Virus record (IMG/VR): IMGVR_UViG_3300027762_000008
Coordinates: 6,792 to 70,791 of that record
DNA from: a virus
Direction: 5' to 3' (one strand)
Length of the DNA stretch: 64,000 nt
Position 1 is the stretch's first letter; each line of letters starts with the position of its first letter. This document shows, piece after piece, positions 16,479 to 26,031 of the stretch. The position numbers were made by a program, and so were the translations under genes. The notes beneath the pieces were generated by a model. That model was not told where the DNA came from and did not search any database. It saw nothing but the letters and a program-made list of their open reading frames with translations.

Positions 16479-18020
16479 GTGGACGACGAAAAGCTAAGGT
16501 TAATACAAGAGTATCAAGAAGAAGTAATCAGACAACGAGGTCGACTGCTCAAGGTTTTTATCCCAGATAAACCTTCTGCAGAGCCGTTTCCAGAACAAAT
16601 AGCCTTCCTCAGCGACAAGTCGAATTCTAAGCTGGCTCGCTGCGGAAACCGTGCAGCCAAGACTTTTACCACCATGCGAGACTTGGCATGGAAGATCACC
16701 CGTACTCACTGGTATAGACAAGACTGGAACGTCCTTAAGATTTCAGACAAGGCATGGAAAGACAAACTGGAAACGCCTGAGTATGAGAAGAAGTATCTCA
16801 AGGCAAAGCCAAGAACGTTCTGGGTGGTTGGTCCTACATACGAGTTCGTTAAAGAAACCATGTGGGGAATGTATCTGGAGCAGATGATTCCCGCATGGTT
16901 TATTAAGGAAATCAAACTCACCAACCAAAAGAATATCGAAGCCGTACACTTTATCAACGGCGATGTACTCAAATGTAAAACCTATGCCCAGCAGGATTCC
17001 ACCAAGATGGGTTTCGCTGTGGACGAGGTTTACATCGACGAAGCTCCTCCGGAAAAGAAGACAATTACCGAACTCATAGTTCGTACTTTCGACAAGGATG
17101 GTTCCATCACCCTGGGCTTTACCCCCATTGTGCAGAACAAGGAGATCCAGGCGTACCTGGACAGCTGCTGTTCAGATGGCACCATGTCCCTGCACTCCTG
17201 GAGCGTCTTGGCGAACCCGCACTACCGGGATCACCCGGAACGCCGGGAGAGGGTGCTTGCCGAATACTCCCACATGTCCGAGGAGGAGCGGAACACCCGT
17301 CTTTCCGGAGCATGGTACATTGAGAGGCCGAACCAGCCAGTCTTCGAAGGGCTCGAGCCAGAGATAGTGGACGACTTCCCTGTCCCCGACCATTGGCGGC
17401 AGATTCGCTATACCGACCCGGCATCCCATGTGACAGGGCATGCCATCTTCGCTGAAGACCCCGCCACTGGGGAATGGTACACTATCCATGCTCAAGAGAT
17501 TACCTGGGGCAAGATAGCCAAAGCTGAGGACATCCTCGACGTAATCGAAGCCCTGAAGCCCACCCGGTACTTTAAGTACTACGACAGCGTCTACGACAAC
17601 GCAGAAGCTTGGTTCGGTGCCTACGGTAGACAATATGGGTATCGTCCCTGTATCGTAAAGAACAGAGAAGCGGCCATCATGCAGACCCGCAACGCAGTGG
17701 GAACCAAGAGACTGAAGTTCTTCCGTCGGGCAGCTGCAGGAGCGGTGGAGCAGTTCAAGGAGTACCACTACAAGCCCGATGGACAGGGAGTGGTAAAGAA
17801 GAAGGATCACATGTTGGATTGCGTCATGTATTTCTGTCGGGAAATCCCTGATCCTCTTCCTACGGCAGAGAATCAACCGACGGTGAAAGAGGAAGCTGTC
17901 CAGAATCTGATACGCAAGTATGAGGCAGGACCGATGTCTACCCGTAAGCAATGGGCATTCAATCGGGCGGCAAGAAATTCACGGTTTCAGCAGATTGGTA
18001 GACTTAGGAGCATGAGATGA
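16479..18020 (+). CDS. terL: terminase large subunit
   Basis: PFPEQ Q-motif, Walker A GNRAAKT, Walker B VYIDEAP, LGFTP coupling motif, nuclease motifs YTDPA and KDHMLDCVMY. Confidence 0.92.
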   Translation: MDDEKLRLIQEYQEEVIRQRGRLLKVFIPDKPSAEPFPEQIAFLSDKSNSKLARCGNRAAKTFTTMRDLAWKITRTHWYRQDWNVLKISDKAWKDKLETPEYEKKYLKAKPRTFWVVGPTYEFVKETMWGMYLEQMIPAWFIKEIKLTNQKNIEAVHFINGDVLKCKTYAQQDSTKMGFAVDEVYIDEAPPEKKTITELIVRTFDKDGSITLGFTPIVQNKEIQAYLDSCCSDGTMSLHSWSVLANPHYRDHPERRERVLAEYSHMSEEERNTRLSGAWYIERPNQPVFEGLEPEIVDDFPVPDHWRQIRYTDPASHVTGHAIFAEDPATGEWYTIHAQEITWGKIAKAEDILDVIEALKPTRYFKYYDSVYDNAEAWFGAYGRQYGYRPCIVKNREAAIMQTRNAVGTKRLKFFRRAAAGAVEQFKEYHYKPDGQGVVKKKDHMLDCVMYFCREIPDPLPTAENQPTVKEEAVQNLIRKYEAGPMSTRKQWAFNRAARNSRFQQIGRLRSMR

Positions 18021-18280
18021 TAGAGTTAATTTTGGTTTTGTGTTTTCTCAATTTCATGGCAACTGTAGCTTTGGGCGTCTGGGTAGTCATTTCGCACAGG
18101 AAACAGACCCACACTCTCGAGCTTTATTCTTCTCATTTCCTTGCGAAAGTAGGGGAGCTGGAGAAGAACAACAACACTTTGGGTAAGGTGATGAAAATCT
18201 TCGAAGACGAAACCCAAATCCTTAAACGCCGCAATGAAAACATGGCTCTCAAAGATCGATTCCAAAGAACTCCGAGGTGA
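18017..18280 (+). CDS. single-TM coiled-coil protein
   Basis: Hydrophobic N-terminus; ATGA overlap with terL. Confidence 0.65.
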   Translation: MIELILVLCFLNFMATVALGVWVVISHRKQTHTLELYSSHFLAKVGELEKNNNTLGKVMKIFEDETQILKRRNENMALKDRFQRTPR

Positions 18281-18283
18281 TAA

Positions 18284-20311
18284 ATGCCAAAAGTTCGACT
18301 TCTATCCGATGCCGAGTTGTCCCGGCTTATCGCTGCTCAGTACCAGGAAGCGAAAGAGAAAGCGGATAAACTCAAGGTGGAATACGACATCTGCGAGATG
18401 GCGTATCAGTGCATCAACAACAAAATTCGTGGCGCTTTGGACTCTGGTCTGGCGACTCAGTTTCTGTTCTCTCCACAAAACGAAGAGAACGTCATGCCGC
18501 TTATCGAAGGACTGGACTTGGCTAAGGCCATCCTGTTCCTTCACAGCAAACTGTGTATCTCCGACCCCGTGGTGACCGCTGCTCCCCGTAAGCAGGATCA
18601 TGCCACCAAGATGTCGGCAAAATATGCCCAGCAGCACATGGAATACCTCAAGAACAAGACTCGGATGCAGGAAATCTCCGAAGCCGGAGCATTCCTGAAC
18701 CTCTGTATCTACGGCACCGGAATCACTTTCTGGGGCTGGAATCCCCATGGCGGCGAGAAGCCCATGGACGATATTCCGGATAACGTGGACATCGAGAACT
18801 TTGACTTCCGTATGGAAGGAGCTCACGACGTACGAAACGTCAATCCAAAGAAGTTCTTTCCCGATGCTACGGCGGACATGTGGATCAATGCCGAACATTG
18901 CTTTGAAGAGATGGACGTCCCGGCAAAGAAGGCTTACTACGACTTCGATAAACCCGAGCAGCAAGAGATTCTGCGAGCGTCACAGAACGAAGTAAACAAC
19001 TCCGAAAGTTCAGGCAATAAAGAGAAGAGCACTATTAAGCTCATCCACTACTGGGAGAAAGGACTTCCTTGGAACGGCTTCCTGGGCTCCCATGTTATCT
19101 TTATCCGGCCTGAGAATCCTCGCATTCTGTATCGGGGTCCGAATCCTTTTGCCCACAAGAAGCTCCCGTACAGTGTGCTCACAGACATCGACATCCCAGA
19201 CAACGTGATGGGAATGAGCCGCATTGTGTACGCATACCAGACCCAGATGAGCATCAACAACATGCTCACCATGGTCATGGACAACATGAGCCTCTTCGGA
19301 GCGGCGAAGGCGATGCTTCCAGAGGGTGGATTCAATGAGGACATGATCGACAACGATAAGTCGCTCATTGGAACGTACAACCCGGCTTCGGGAGGAAAAC
19401 CTGAGTTCTTCCGTCCAGTGAATGTGACCTCCGATGTGTGGCGAGCCTATGACATCATGAAGGGATACATCAATAACCTGTATGGTATGAATGAGTTCTC
19501 CCAGGGCCAGATTCCTCGAGAGCTTTCGTCCTATGCGGTTCAGTTGGCCTTGGAGATGGACGACAAGTACCGTATCCGCCTCTTCAATAAGAAGAAGCAG
19601 TACGTGAAGGACATGTACACCTTCGGTCTTGAGATGACCAAACAGTACGTTACTGAACCCATTCGGCTCAGCATTACGGGAGTTGAAGGATTCGAGAACG
19701 ACGAATTCTTCATGTCGTCCCAGCTCGAGGGCGAATACGATATTTCCGTGGATTACGGAGCCTACATCCCGGTGGATCCGGCTGCTCGTAAACAGCAGAT
19801 TCTGGAGTTCATCAAGTCTGGCATGTTCGAGAAGGCTGGCGGCAATATGAAGAAAGCCGCCTCGCTTCTGGTTGATGGTTCGATGTTGGACGTTAAGGAT
19901 TCGATGGAAACGTCTAGAAACCTGCAGAACGCCGAAATCGCCAGACTCATCAAGGGCGAGAAGGTGAATGTGGAGCCATGGGATGACGATGGGGAACACG
20001 CCGCAGCCATTGAAGACTTTGCAAGAACCCAGACCTTCGAAACCCTTCCAAGGGACATCAAGGAAGCAATCTGGGCTCATGGAGAAGCCCACATTAAGAC
20101 TCTCGCCGAGAAGATTGCCAAATCCGGCGGACAGCCGGGGGCTCCAGGAGGTCCGATGGGAGCGGGTGGTCCTGGTGGGATGCCTCCTCCTGGCGGTCCA
20201 GCTGGCGGTCCAGGGATGCCGCCGATGGGAGGAGCGGGAGCACCTCCTGCGCCGCCTCCAGGAGCAGGTCCGGGGATGCCCATGGCCTCCCCCTCGCAGC
20301 CACTGGTTTGA
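18284..20311 (+). CDS. portal protein
   Basis: 675 aa, just downstream of terL. IYGTGI, VRNVNPKKFFPD, NPFAHKKLPY and QMSINNML segments fit podovirus (P22-like) portals; Gly/Pro-rich tail. Confidence 0.88.
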   Translation: MPKVRLLSDAELSRLIAAQYQEAKEKADKLKVEYDICEMAYQCINNKIRGALDSGLATQFLFSPQNEENVMPLIEGLDLAKAILFLHSKLCISDPVVTAAPRKQDHATKMSAKYAQQHMEYLKNKTRMQEISEAGAFLNLCIYGTGITFWGWNPHGGEKPMDDIPDNVDIENFDFRMEGAHDVRNVNPKKFFPDATADMWINAEHCFEEMDVPAKKAYYDFDKPEQQEILRASQNEVNNSESSGNKEKSTIKLIHYWEKGLPWNGFLGSHVIFIRPENPRILYRGPNPFAHKKLPYSVLTDIDIPDNVMGMSRIVYAYQTQMSINNMLTMVMDNMSLFGAAKAMLPEGGFNEDMIDNDKSLIGTYNPASGGKPEFFRPVNVTSDVWRAYDIMKGYINNLYGMNEFSQGQIPRELSSYAVQLALEMDDKYRIRLFNKKKQYVKDMYTFGLEMTKQYVTEPIRLSITGVEGFENDEFFMSSQLEGEYDISVDYGAYIPVDPAARKQQILEFIKSGMFEKAGGNMKKAASLLVDGSMLDVKDSMETSRNLQNAEIARLIKGEKVNVEPWDDDGEHAAAIEDFARTQTFETLPRDIKEAIWAHGEAHIKTLAEKIAKSGGQPGAPGGPMGAGGPGGMPPPGGPAGGPGMPPMGGAGAPPAPPPGAGPGMPMASPSQPLV

Positions 20312-20360
20312 CTAAAGTGAATAAATAGTGTTTGATAGTCACTAAACCAAGGAGAATTGT

Positions 20361-21536
20361 ATGCCAGAGATTAGTACCCCCGCACCCGTATCTGCACCAG
20401 CACCTGTATCAGCACCTTCTGCTGCACCAGCATCTAGCACCGGATTCAGACAGCCAGAAGGAGCTATGTCTCCGGATGAAATCTTCCGTGAATTCGAATC
20501 GAAATTGGAAGAGCAAGCTCCAGACTTTTCGAAAGCCCGTAAGTATGACGACAGGACTCCAGACGAGATTCTGAGTGCCCTGGACGAGAATGATGGAAAT
20601 CTCCCTCCTGAAGAGCCGGAAGATAACATCGATCCGACCACAGGCGTCAGTCCTGAGATGGACGAAGCAGCAACCCCTACTGACGAATTCAAATTCGAAT
20701 TCGAAGGAGAGGTTGGCGGGAAGAATTACAAGATCAACTTCAAGAGCCAGGAACAAATCAACAACGCCATCAAGAAGGCGATTGTTGCCGACCAGCTCTA
20801 TCAGAAGACCCGTACGCTTGAGTCTCAGGTTCAGGAGATGGGTCAGTACAAAGAGTTCTCCGACCAGATGGATCACTATCTCGAGAACGATCCAAAGGGG
20901 CTTATGGATCTCATTATCGAGGATCTCCCCGAGGAAGATGTAAAAGAGTGGCTCATCGCTAAAGCGGAATGGTACGGACAGGATCAGGAAATACGCAAGC
21001 AAGCCATGATTGCGAAGGAGAACGAACTCCTCCGCAGGAAGATTGCAGCCATCGAAGAGGCGGATAAGAAACTGGACGAGAAGCGGCGTATGGCGGCTGT
21101 GGAAGCCGATAAGCACGTGCTTCAGTCTTGGGGTTCTGGAGTGATGTCAAAAATGAAATCACGTATTCCAGACTCGTATCATGGTATAATCGAACGTGAA
21201 CTTAATAATTCAGTATTAGAAGCCAAGTATATGCAGAGTAGTGGACAAGACGTTAATGTTAAGACTCTTGATAGGATCTTCGCTCGAAATATGAGGCCCA
21301 TTCTGGAACTCATACAAGAGAAATCCAATGACAGAATCGTAAATACCCAAGTAGCAAAGATTGTGCAGGATAAGAAGAACCAGAACCTCGCAAGAGTTCA
21401 GGGGGCAGCTACTCAGGCTCAGTCTAAGGTAAATCGTAGCAGTACGCTCAGTAAGGAAATTGACGAGAATCCAGCTAAGATGTTCGACCTTCTCCTCAAA
21501 GGGATGGATGAAGGCCGCATCAGAATGAAGGCATAA
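20361..21536 (+). CDS. capsid scaffolding protein
   Basis: Acidic disordered N-terminus, short beta segment FEGEVGGKNYKI, long coiled coil; lies between portal and capsid genes. Confidence 0.75.
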   Translation: MPEISTPAPVSAPAPVSAPSAAPASSTGFRQPEGAMSPDEIFREFESKLEEQAPDFSKARKYDDRTPDEILSALDENDGNLPPEEPEDNIDPTTGVSPEMDEAATPTDEFKFEFEGEVGGKNYKINFKSQEQINNAIKKAIVADQLYQKTRTLESQVQEMGQYKEFSDQMDHYLENDPKGLMDLIIEDLPEEDVKEWLIAKAEWYGQDQEIRKQAMIAKENELLRRKIAAIEEADKKLDEKRRMAAVEADKHVLQSWGSGVMSKMKSRIPDSYHGIIERELNNSVLEAKYMQSSGQDVNVKTLDRIFARNMRPILELIQEKSNDRIVNTQVAKIVQDKKNQNLARVQGAATQAQSKVNRSSTLSKEIDENPAKMFDLLLKGMDEGRIRMKA

Positions 21537-21546
21537 GGAGGAAAAA

Positions 21547-23352
21547 ATGCCAGTTATTGCAGAGAACAACGCATTTTCAAATGCGCAGTTTAAGCAGTCA
21601 GACCTGCTTAAGTTTATCCAGGAAAAAGGTTCCAAGACCCTGTGGCGTGTTGTCTCGGGTTTGGACTCGGTCACCAAGAAGGGCGAATGGCCTGGGGGTA
21701 AGGAATTCCGTTACCACATGACCGTTGATGCCGGTGGTGGAGCGTTCAGTGGTTTGAACTCCGTTGGTGGCGTGTTTGCCAACCCTGACCGTGCATACGG
21801 AATTCAGGCGTTCATGGTTCCGAAGTATCAGACGATGACCATGTACTTCGACCGAATCATGGGCAAGTTGACTGACAGCGATGCCAAGGCTTACTTGGGC
21901 TCGATGAAGATGGAATATGAGCAGAAGACTCTGTTCCAGAAGAGCTTCACGAACCTCCAGCAGATTATGGACGGCACAGGCCGTGTTGCTACTCCTATCG
22001 GTCTTGGTGCATCCAACACCGCAACTGGAAACAGCTTCACGATTGCCAGCCCTTCGACTCTTCTGAAGGTCAAGCTCTCTTCGCTCGACACCGCAACCGG
22101 ATCTGCCGCCTACTGTATGGAAGGTATGGTGGTTTCGTTCCTGTATCCGAACTATGACGACGATGACAATGGCACGGTTGCCACCACGAAGGCTGACTGC
22201 GTTCCTCGTTTCGCCGTTCTCGGATTCAAGGCTTCTACGGTTCGCTCGTATTACGATGCTTTCCGTGTTGTCCGTATCAACCAGTCGGCGAACGAGGTTC
22301 TTCTCGCTCCCGCACGTAAGGCCGCTGGAGACAGCGACACCTACACTCCCTATACGACGGTAGACGCCTCGCACATGGTGCAGCAGGGCGGTTCGTCCAC
22401 GATGTGGTGCGGCGGAACAGGTACTGTGACTGTCACTCCGTGGCAGGGTCGTACGACTGCTCTCGGTGCTCCGACGGATACCAATGGTCTTACTGGCGGT
22501 GCCTCCCTCGGTCTTGATCACTTCTTCAGCTATGCCGGATTCACCAGCTACGTGGCTGCGGACCATCCGACAGCGACCTTCTTGGTCCTCACCGGGTATA
22601 TTCCTACGGGAACCGTTGACTACGGCATCGGCAATTCGGACTTCAGCTCGTTCTCTGGGGCTACCACCACCAATGCTGCAGCGGCTCGTGCGATTCTCGG
22701 CCTCGGCTGGGATGCGAACGTGGACTCTGCCTACGGTGTTACCCAGGACGTGTCGCTTGTGAACCCGTACCTGATGACTGGTATCGAATCGTTGATTTTC
22801 AATGATACGAACCTCGTTCAGGGCGTTCCTCGCTACAGCATCCAGCAGTACCTCCCGACGAAGAAGGACTTGAACTCTCAGGCTCTGACGTTCAACGGAC
22901 TCTTCGCTGGTGTGGCTGAGCACTATGTTCGTAACCGTGACAAGGATCCGAACTCGGCAGACGTGATTCAGTGGAACCTTCTCGACATGAACCCGCTGGT
23001 GTACACCTCGCTCCTGTCGCTCTCTGAGGCTGACCGCCGTATCACCGATGACAAGGGCATCCGTGGTACCTCGTGTAAGACCATTCAGGTGGGCAACAAG
23101 AAGTTCGAGCTGAACATGAACTCCTCCATGCGTCTTGACCGTATCGTCGGTATTCCGAAGGATGCGATCCAGATGAAGGGTGGAACTCTTGACCCGGTGG
23201 AAGTTGATGGCCAGCGTCAGTACATGGCTCTCAACAGTTCTGCTCGAAGAGTTAACGCGTATGAGCAGTATTACACCATACAAGGAGAACAGTATGTTGA
23301 GAATCTCCGCGACTGTCTGTTCTTCAGAAACTTTACCATAAGTATACTGTAA
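21547..23352 (+). CDS. major capsid protein with a large internal insertion
   Basis: Follows the scaffold; strong AAGGAGG RBS; biased codon use; HK97-like spine helix ending MDGTG, with the core resuming at LMTGIESLI. Confidence 0.8.
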   Translation: MPVIAENNAFSNAQFKQSDLLKFIQEKGSKTLWRVVSGLDSVTKKGEWPGGKEFRYHMTVDAGGGAFSGLNSVGGVFANPDRAYGIQAFMVPKYQTMTMYFDRIMGKLTDSDAKAYLGSMKMEYEQKTLFQKSFTNLQQIMDGTGRVATPIGLGASNTATGNSFTIASPSTLLKVKLSSLDTATGSAAYCMEGMVVSFLYPNYDDDDNGTVATTKADCVPRFAVLGFKASTVRSYYDAFRVVRINQSANEVLLAPARKAAGDSDTYTPYTTVDASHMVQQGGSSTMWCGGTGTVTVTPWQGRTTALGAPTDTNGLTGGASLGLDHFFSYAGFTSYVAADHPTATFLVLTGYIPTGTVDYGIGNSDFSSFSGATTTNAAAARAILGLGWDANVDSAYGVTQDVSLVNPYLMTGIESLIFNDTNLVQGVPRYSIQQYLPTKKDLNSQALTFNGLFAGVAEHYVRNRDKDPNSADVIQWNLLDMNPLVYTSLLSLSEADRRITDDKGIRGTSCKTIQVGNKKFELNMNSSMRLDRIVGIPKDAIQMKGGTLDPVEVDGQRQYMALNSSARRVNAYEQYYTIQGEQYVENLRDCLFFRNFTISIL

Positions 23353-23357
23353 GTCAA

Positions 23358-23386
23358 TTGACGAATGCGGGAGATTCGGATATTGT
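23358..23386 (+). promoter_or_regulatory. sigma70-like promoter for the HNH-AP2 gene
   Basis: TTGACG-17 nt-TATTGT. Confidence 0.6.
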
Positions 23387-23412
23387 CCTCCGTCTAACGA
23401 TTGGAGGACAAT

Positions 23413-24099
23413 ATGGCACAGATACCAGTATTCAAGGGCGGGGTTAAGGTTTTCGAGATTGAGGTGGACGACGATATGTACGAGGAACTTTCAAAAAGTG
23501 TATGGTATGCTTGCTCGGGAACGAAGCAATATGCCCAACGCAAAGTGAAAGCTCCCAATGGGATTTTCTGGAATCAAAAACTGCACCAGACAATTCTCGG
23601 ACTGCCGAGAAAATCCGGAGTGGTGGTGGATCATATCGACAGAAACCCATTGAATTGTCGTAAAAGCAATCTTCGAATGGTCACCTTTCAGGAGAATTCC
23701 TGGAACAGGAGCAAACGCAAACGGGAGACTACTTCCCGGTATACCGGGGTTTCCTGGGCTACGCACCAGCGATGGGTTGCAACTATCGATGGAGAGCACA
23801 TCGGCTATTTTGATTCGGAGGAGAATGCTGCCAAAGCATATGACTACGAAGCAAGACAGCGCAGAGGAGCATTTGCGGTAGTCAATTTCCCAGATGTGAA
23901 TGAGAAACCTGCTCCTGACAGGAAAACTTTAACCAAACGCAAGTACGTTACTGTGGTGAATAAGAATGGCAAGCCCAAGTATCATATCCAAATAACTTGC
24001 TGCGAACCTCGAATTATCACCACAAGGACTACTCTTGAAGCAGCTATTGAGTGTCGGAATGAAAAACTGAAGGAGTTGGGTGTTCCAATTCCTGATTGA
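23413..24099 (+). CDS. free-standing HNH homing endonuclease with AP2 DNA-binding domain
   Basis: VVDHIDRNPLNCRKSNLRMVTFQENSWN (HNH_3), then SRYTGVSW...HIGYFDSEENAAKAYD...GAFAVVNFP (AP2); GGAGG RBS before ATG 23413. Confidence 0.92.
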   Translation: MAQIPVFKGGVKVFEIEVDDDMYEELSKSVWYACSGTKQYAQRKVKAPNGIFWNQKLHQTILGLPRKSGVVVDHIDRNPLNCRKSNLRMVTFQENSWNRSKRKRETTSRYTGVSWATHQRWVATIDGEHIGYFDSEENAAKAYDYEARQRRGAFAVVNFPDVNEKPAPDRKTLTKRKYVTVVNKNGKPKYHIQITCCEPRIITTRTTLEAAIECRNEKLKELGVPIPD

Positions 24100-24127
24100 C
24101 TCTTTTGAATAACCGAAAGGATACGAT

Positions 24128-25042
24128 ATGCCAGCAATTGGATTATCGAGACTTCAACAGGACACACTTGACCGGCATCTGTCTGCTGGCAAGCGGTCCA
24201 ACAACGGACTCCTTCTCTCTGCTATGCAGTGCGGAATGATTGAGACTTTTCAGGGCAAGGGACTGGTTCACTATGTGCGTACCGACGTGGGCGGCGGCGA
24301 TGAAGTCGATGTCGCCACGTATATCACCGGACTCACCGGTCTGGATGCAGACTTGGATCCTTACTACGTGACTGGAACGGGACACCTCTTGGCTCTTCGT
24401 GGGTCGGATTCAACCCCCACAGCTTCCACTGTAGGTATCCCTGTGGCTTCTACCACAGCGTCCTCCACGGGTGTTCTTCGCCTCACGAATCGTGACGTCA
24501 ATGCAGCGAACGTGGCGGGTGTTTCTCAGGAAGGAGCTCTCTGGATTCCAGGGTCCACTCCTTGGGTTGCTCAGTTCGAACTTACCGTTCCGAAGAATGC
24601 TTATGCTGTCGGCGTGGCGTTCCAGGAAATCGGATTCATGGGAGCGGGCGATCTCGCCACGCACTTCGTTGATGCATCGAAAGAGTTCGGATACGTGGAT
24701 GGAACCAGCGACGTTGCTTTCGTGGCTCTGAAGTTCTACGCCGGAAATGGATACCTTCGGATTCGTCCTGCCACGGCGGGAACGATTCTCACCAGTGCGG
24801 CGTTCCCGATTCCGACTTCCGGAAAGCACACCTATCGCATTGAGAACAACTACTCGACGACTGGAGGAACTCCCACAGTCTCTTTGTTCATTGACGATGC
24901 GTTCGTGGTTTCGATAGCGGCTACAGTAGCCAGCGGACTTCAGTTTGCGGCCCGTACATGTCACGGAGCGAGCTATGCCGCAGCTACCCATACGCCTCCC
25001 GTGTTCGACATCGACACTGTCGTTGTCGCCATCAACCCATAA
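24128..25042 (+). CDS. virion protein, possible head decoration/lectin-like fold
   Basis: Beta-rich; GKHTYRIE...VSLFIDDAFV resembles concanavalin-like folds; follows the capsid gene. Confidence 0.6.
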   Translation: MPAIGLSRLQQDTLDRHLSAGKRSNNGLLLSAMQCGMIETFQGKGLVHYVRTDVGGGDEVDVATYITGLTGLDADLDPYYVTGTGHLLALRGSDSTPTASTVGIPVASTTASSTGVLRLTNRDVNAANVAGVSQEGALWIPGSTPWVAQFELTVPKNAYAVGVAFQEIGFMGAGDLATHFVDASKEFGYVDGTSDVAFVALKFYAGNGYLRIRPATAGTILTSAAFPIPTSGKHTYRIENNYSTTGGTPTVSLFIDDAFVVSIAATVASGLQFAARTCHGASYAAATHTPPVFDIDTVVVAINP

Positions 25043-25053
25043 GGAGATAGATC

Positions 25054-25410
25054 ATGCCTATGCCAATGCCTATGGGCGGTAAGCCTCCAATGGGAAATCC
25101 TGCGCCACTTCCGGGTGACGAGGACTCCTCGTATATTGACGACATCATGGGTCAAGACCTTGAAGGCGGAGAAGATGATCTGTTCGGGAAGGAATCTCCT
25201 CTCGAATCAGCTCTGATCGACGCCGGATTCCAGGTTTCGCCTGACCAGCTGTCGCAGATTGAATCCATTCTGTCCAAGCCTGCCCCTAAACCGGGTGAGG
25301 GTCTTGCCGGGAAACCCCCTGTTGGTGCCGGTCCTGCAAAACCGATGGCTAAGCCCACCGGTGGTGCGGTTCCCGCTGGCATGGGCCCTGGCGATCTCCC
25401 CGTTCGCTAG
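25054..25410 (+). CDS. Pro/Gly-rich small protein
   Basis: AAGGAG RBS; ends just before a terminator. Confidence 0.65.
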   Translation: MPMPMPMGGKPPMGNPAPLPGDEDSSYIDDIMGQDLEGGEDDLFGKESPLESALIDAGFQVSPDQLSQIESILSKPAPKPGEGLAGKPPVGAGPAKPMAKPTGGAVPAGMGPGDLPVR

Positions 25411-25428
25411 TGGGACTCCTAGAGTGAT

Positions 25429-25468
25429 AAGGCCCTGTCGAACTCTCGATGGGGCTTTTTCGTTTTTT
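25429..25468 (+). terminator. intrinsic terminator
   Basis: AAGGCCCTGTCGA-ACTC-TCGATGGGGCTT stem followed by TTTCGTTTTTT. Confidence 0.8.
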
Positions 25469-25495
25469 GGTGTATGATGATTCGTGGAGGATGTC

Positions 25496-25645
25496 ATGCC
25501 CGGATTTGTTAAGACTCCCAAGGACGAGCGCAAATGGGACAAAGCCAAGGAAGCTGCCGGAAAGAAGGGCAAGGAAACCAATTGGGCTTTGGCGAATTAC
25601 ATCTTCCATAAAGTGAAGAAGTACAAAAGCAAGAAGGAGAAATAA
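25496..25645 (+). CDS. 49-aa basic protein (ChaB-like helical hairpin)
   Basis: Not in the ORF track. GGAGG RBS; MPGFVKTPKDERKWDKAKEAAGKKGKETNWALANYIFHKVKK... Confidence 0.65.
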   Translation: MPGFVKTPKDERKWDKAKEAAGKKGKETNWALANYIFHKVKKYKSKKEK

Positions 25646-25646
25646 T

Positions 25647-26030
25647 ATGCCACAAGGTGCTATTCTGCCGCAAGCACTGGAGGACTTGGTCAAAGGGTAT
25701 CGGGAAGGAAAACCGATGTTCAATGAATCTCCTTCTGCTGCTCCTACTCCGCTTCCTGAGGAAGAGGAAGATTTTTGGAATCTTCGGAATAAGGAAATCC
25801 CAGGCGGACCCGTTCCAAACAGGGACATAAAGGAAAAAATTATCCGTCCCACACACGGCGACGGACGATATATTCCACCGAAAGGACCAGAGGGAGTCGG
25901 CACTGCGCGGCCTTCACGGGATACTGCACCCTCTCAACCTCTTCCTCCGGGGTATAAGCTTCCTACCCCCGCCCCGCAGCAACAGCAGGGATTGAAGGAC
26001 AAGCTCCTGAGAATGCGGGGAGGAAAATAA
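25647..26030 (+). CDS. Pro-rich hypothetical protein
   Basis: AAGGAG RBS; tightly packed with neighbours. Confidence 0.65.
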   Translation: MPQGAILPQALEDLVKGYREGKPMFNESPSAAPTPLPEEEEDFWNLRNKEIPGGPVPNRDIKEKIIRPTHGDGRYIPPKGPEGVGTARPSRDTAPSQPLPPGYKLPTPAPQQQQGLKDKLLRMRGGK

Positions 26031-26031
26031 C

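Noticed and set aside
21598-23283. 561-aa antisense ORF, and similar long ones such as 19010-20092, 40241-41599, 50912-51934 and 53115-54074
   Set aside because: These are shadows of real genes caused by codon bias; no recognisable motifs.
23352-24128. Group I intron carrying the HNH gene
   Set aside because: The capsid gene ends with a stop codon and the gaps on both sides are too short for an intron core.
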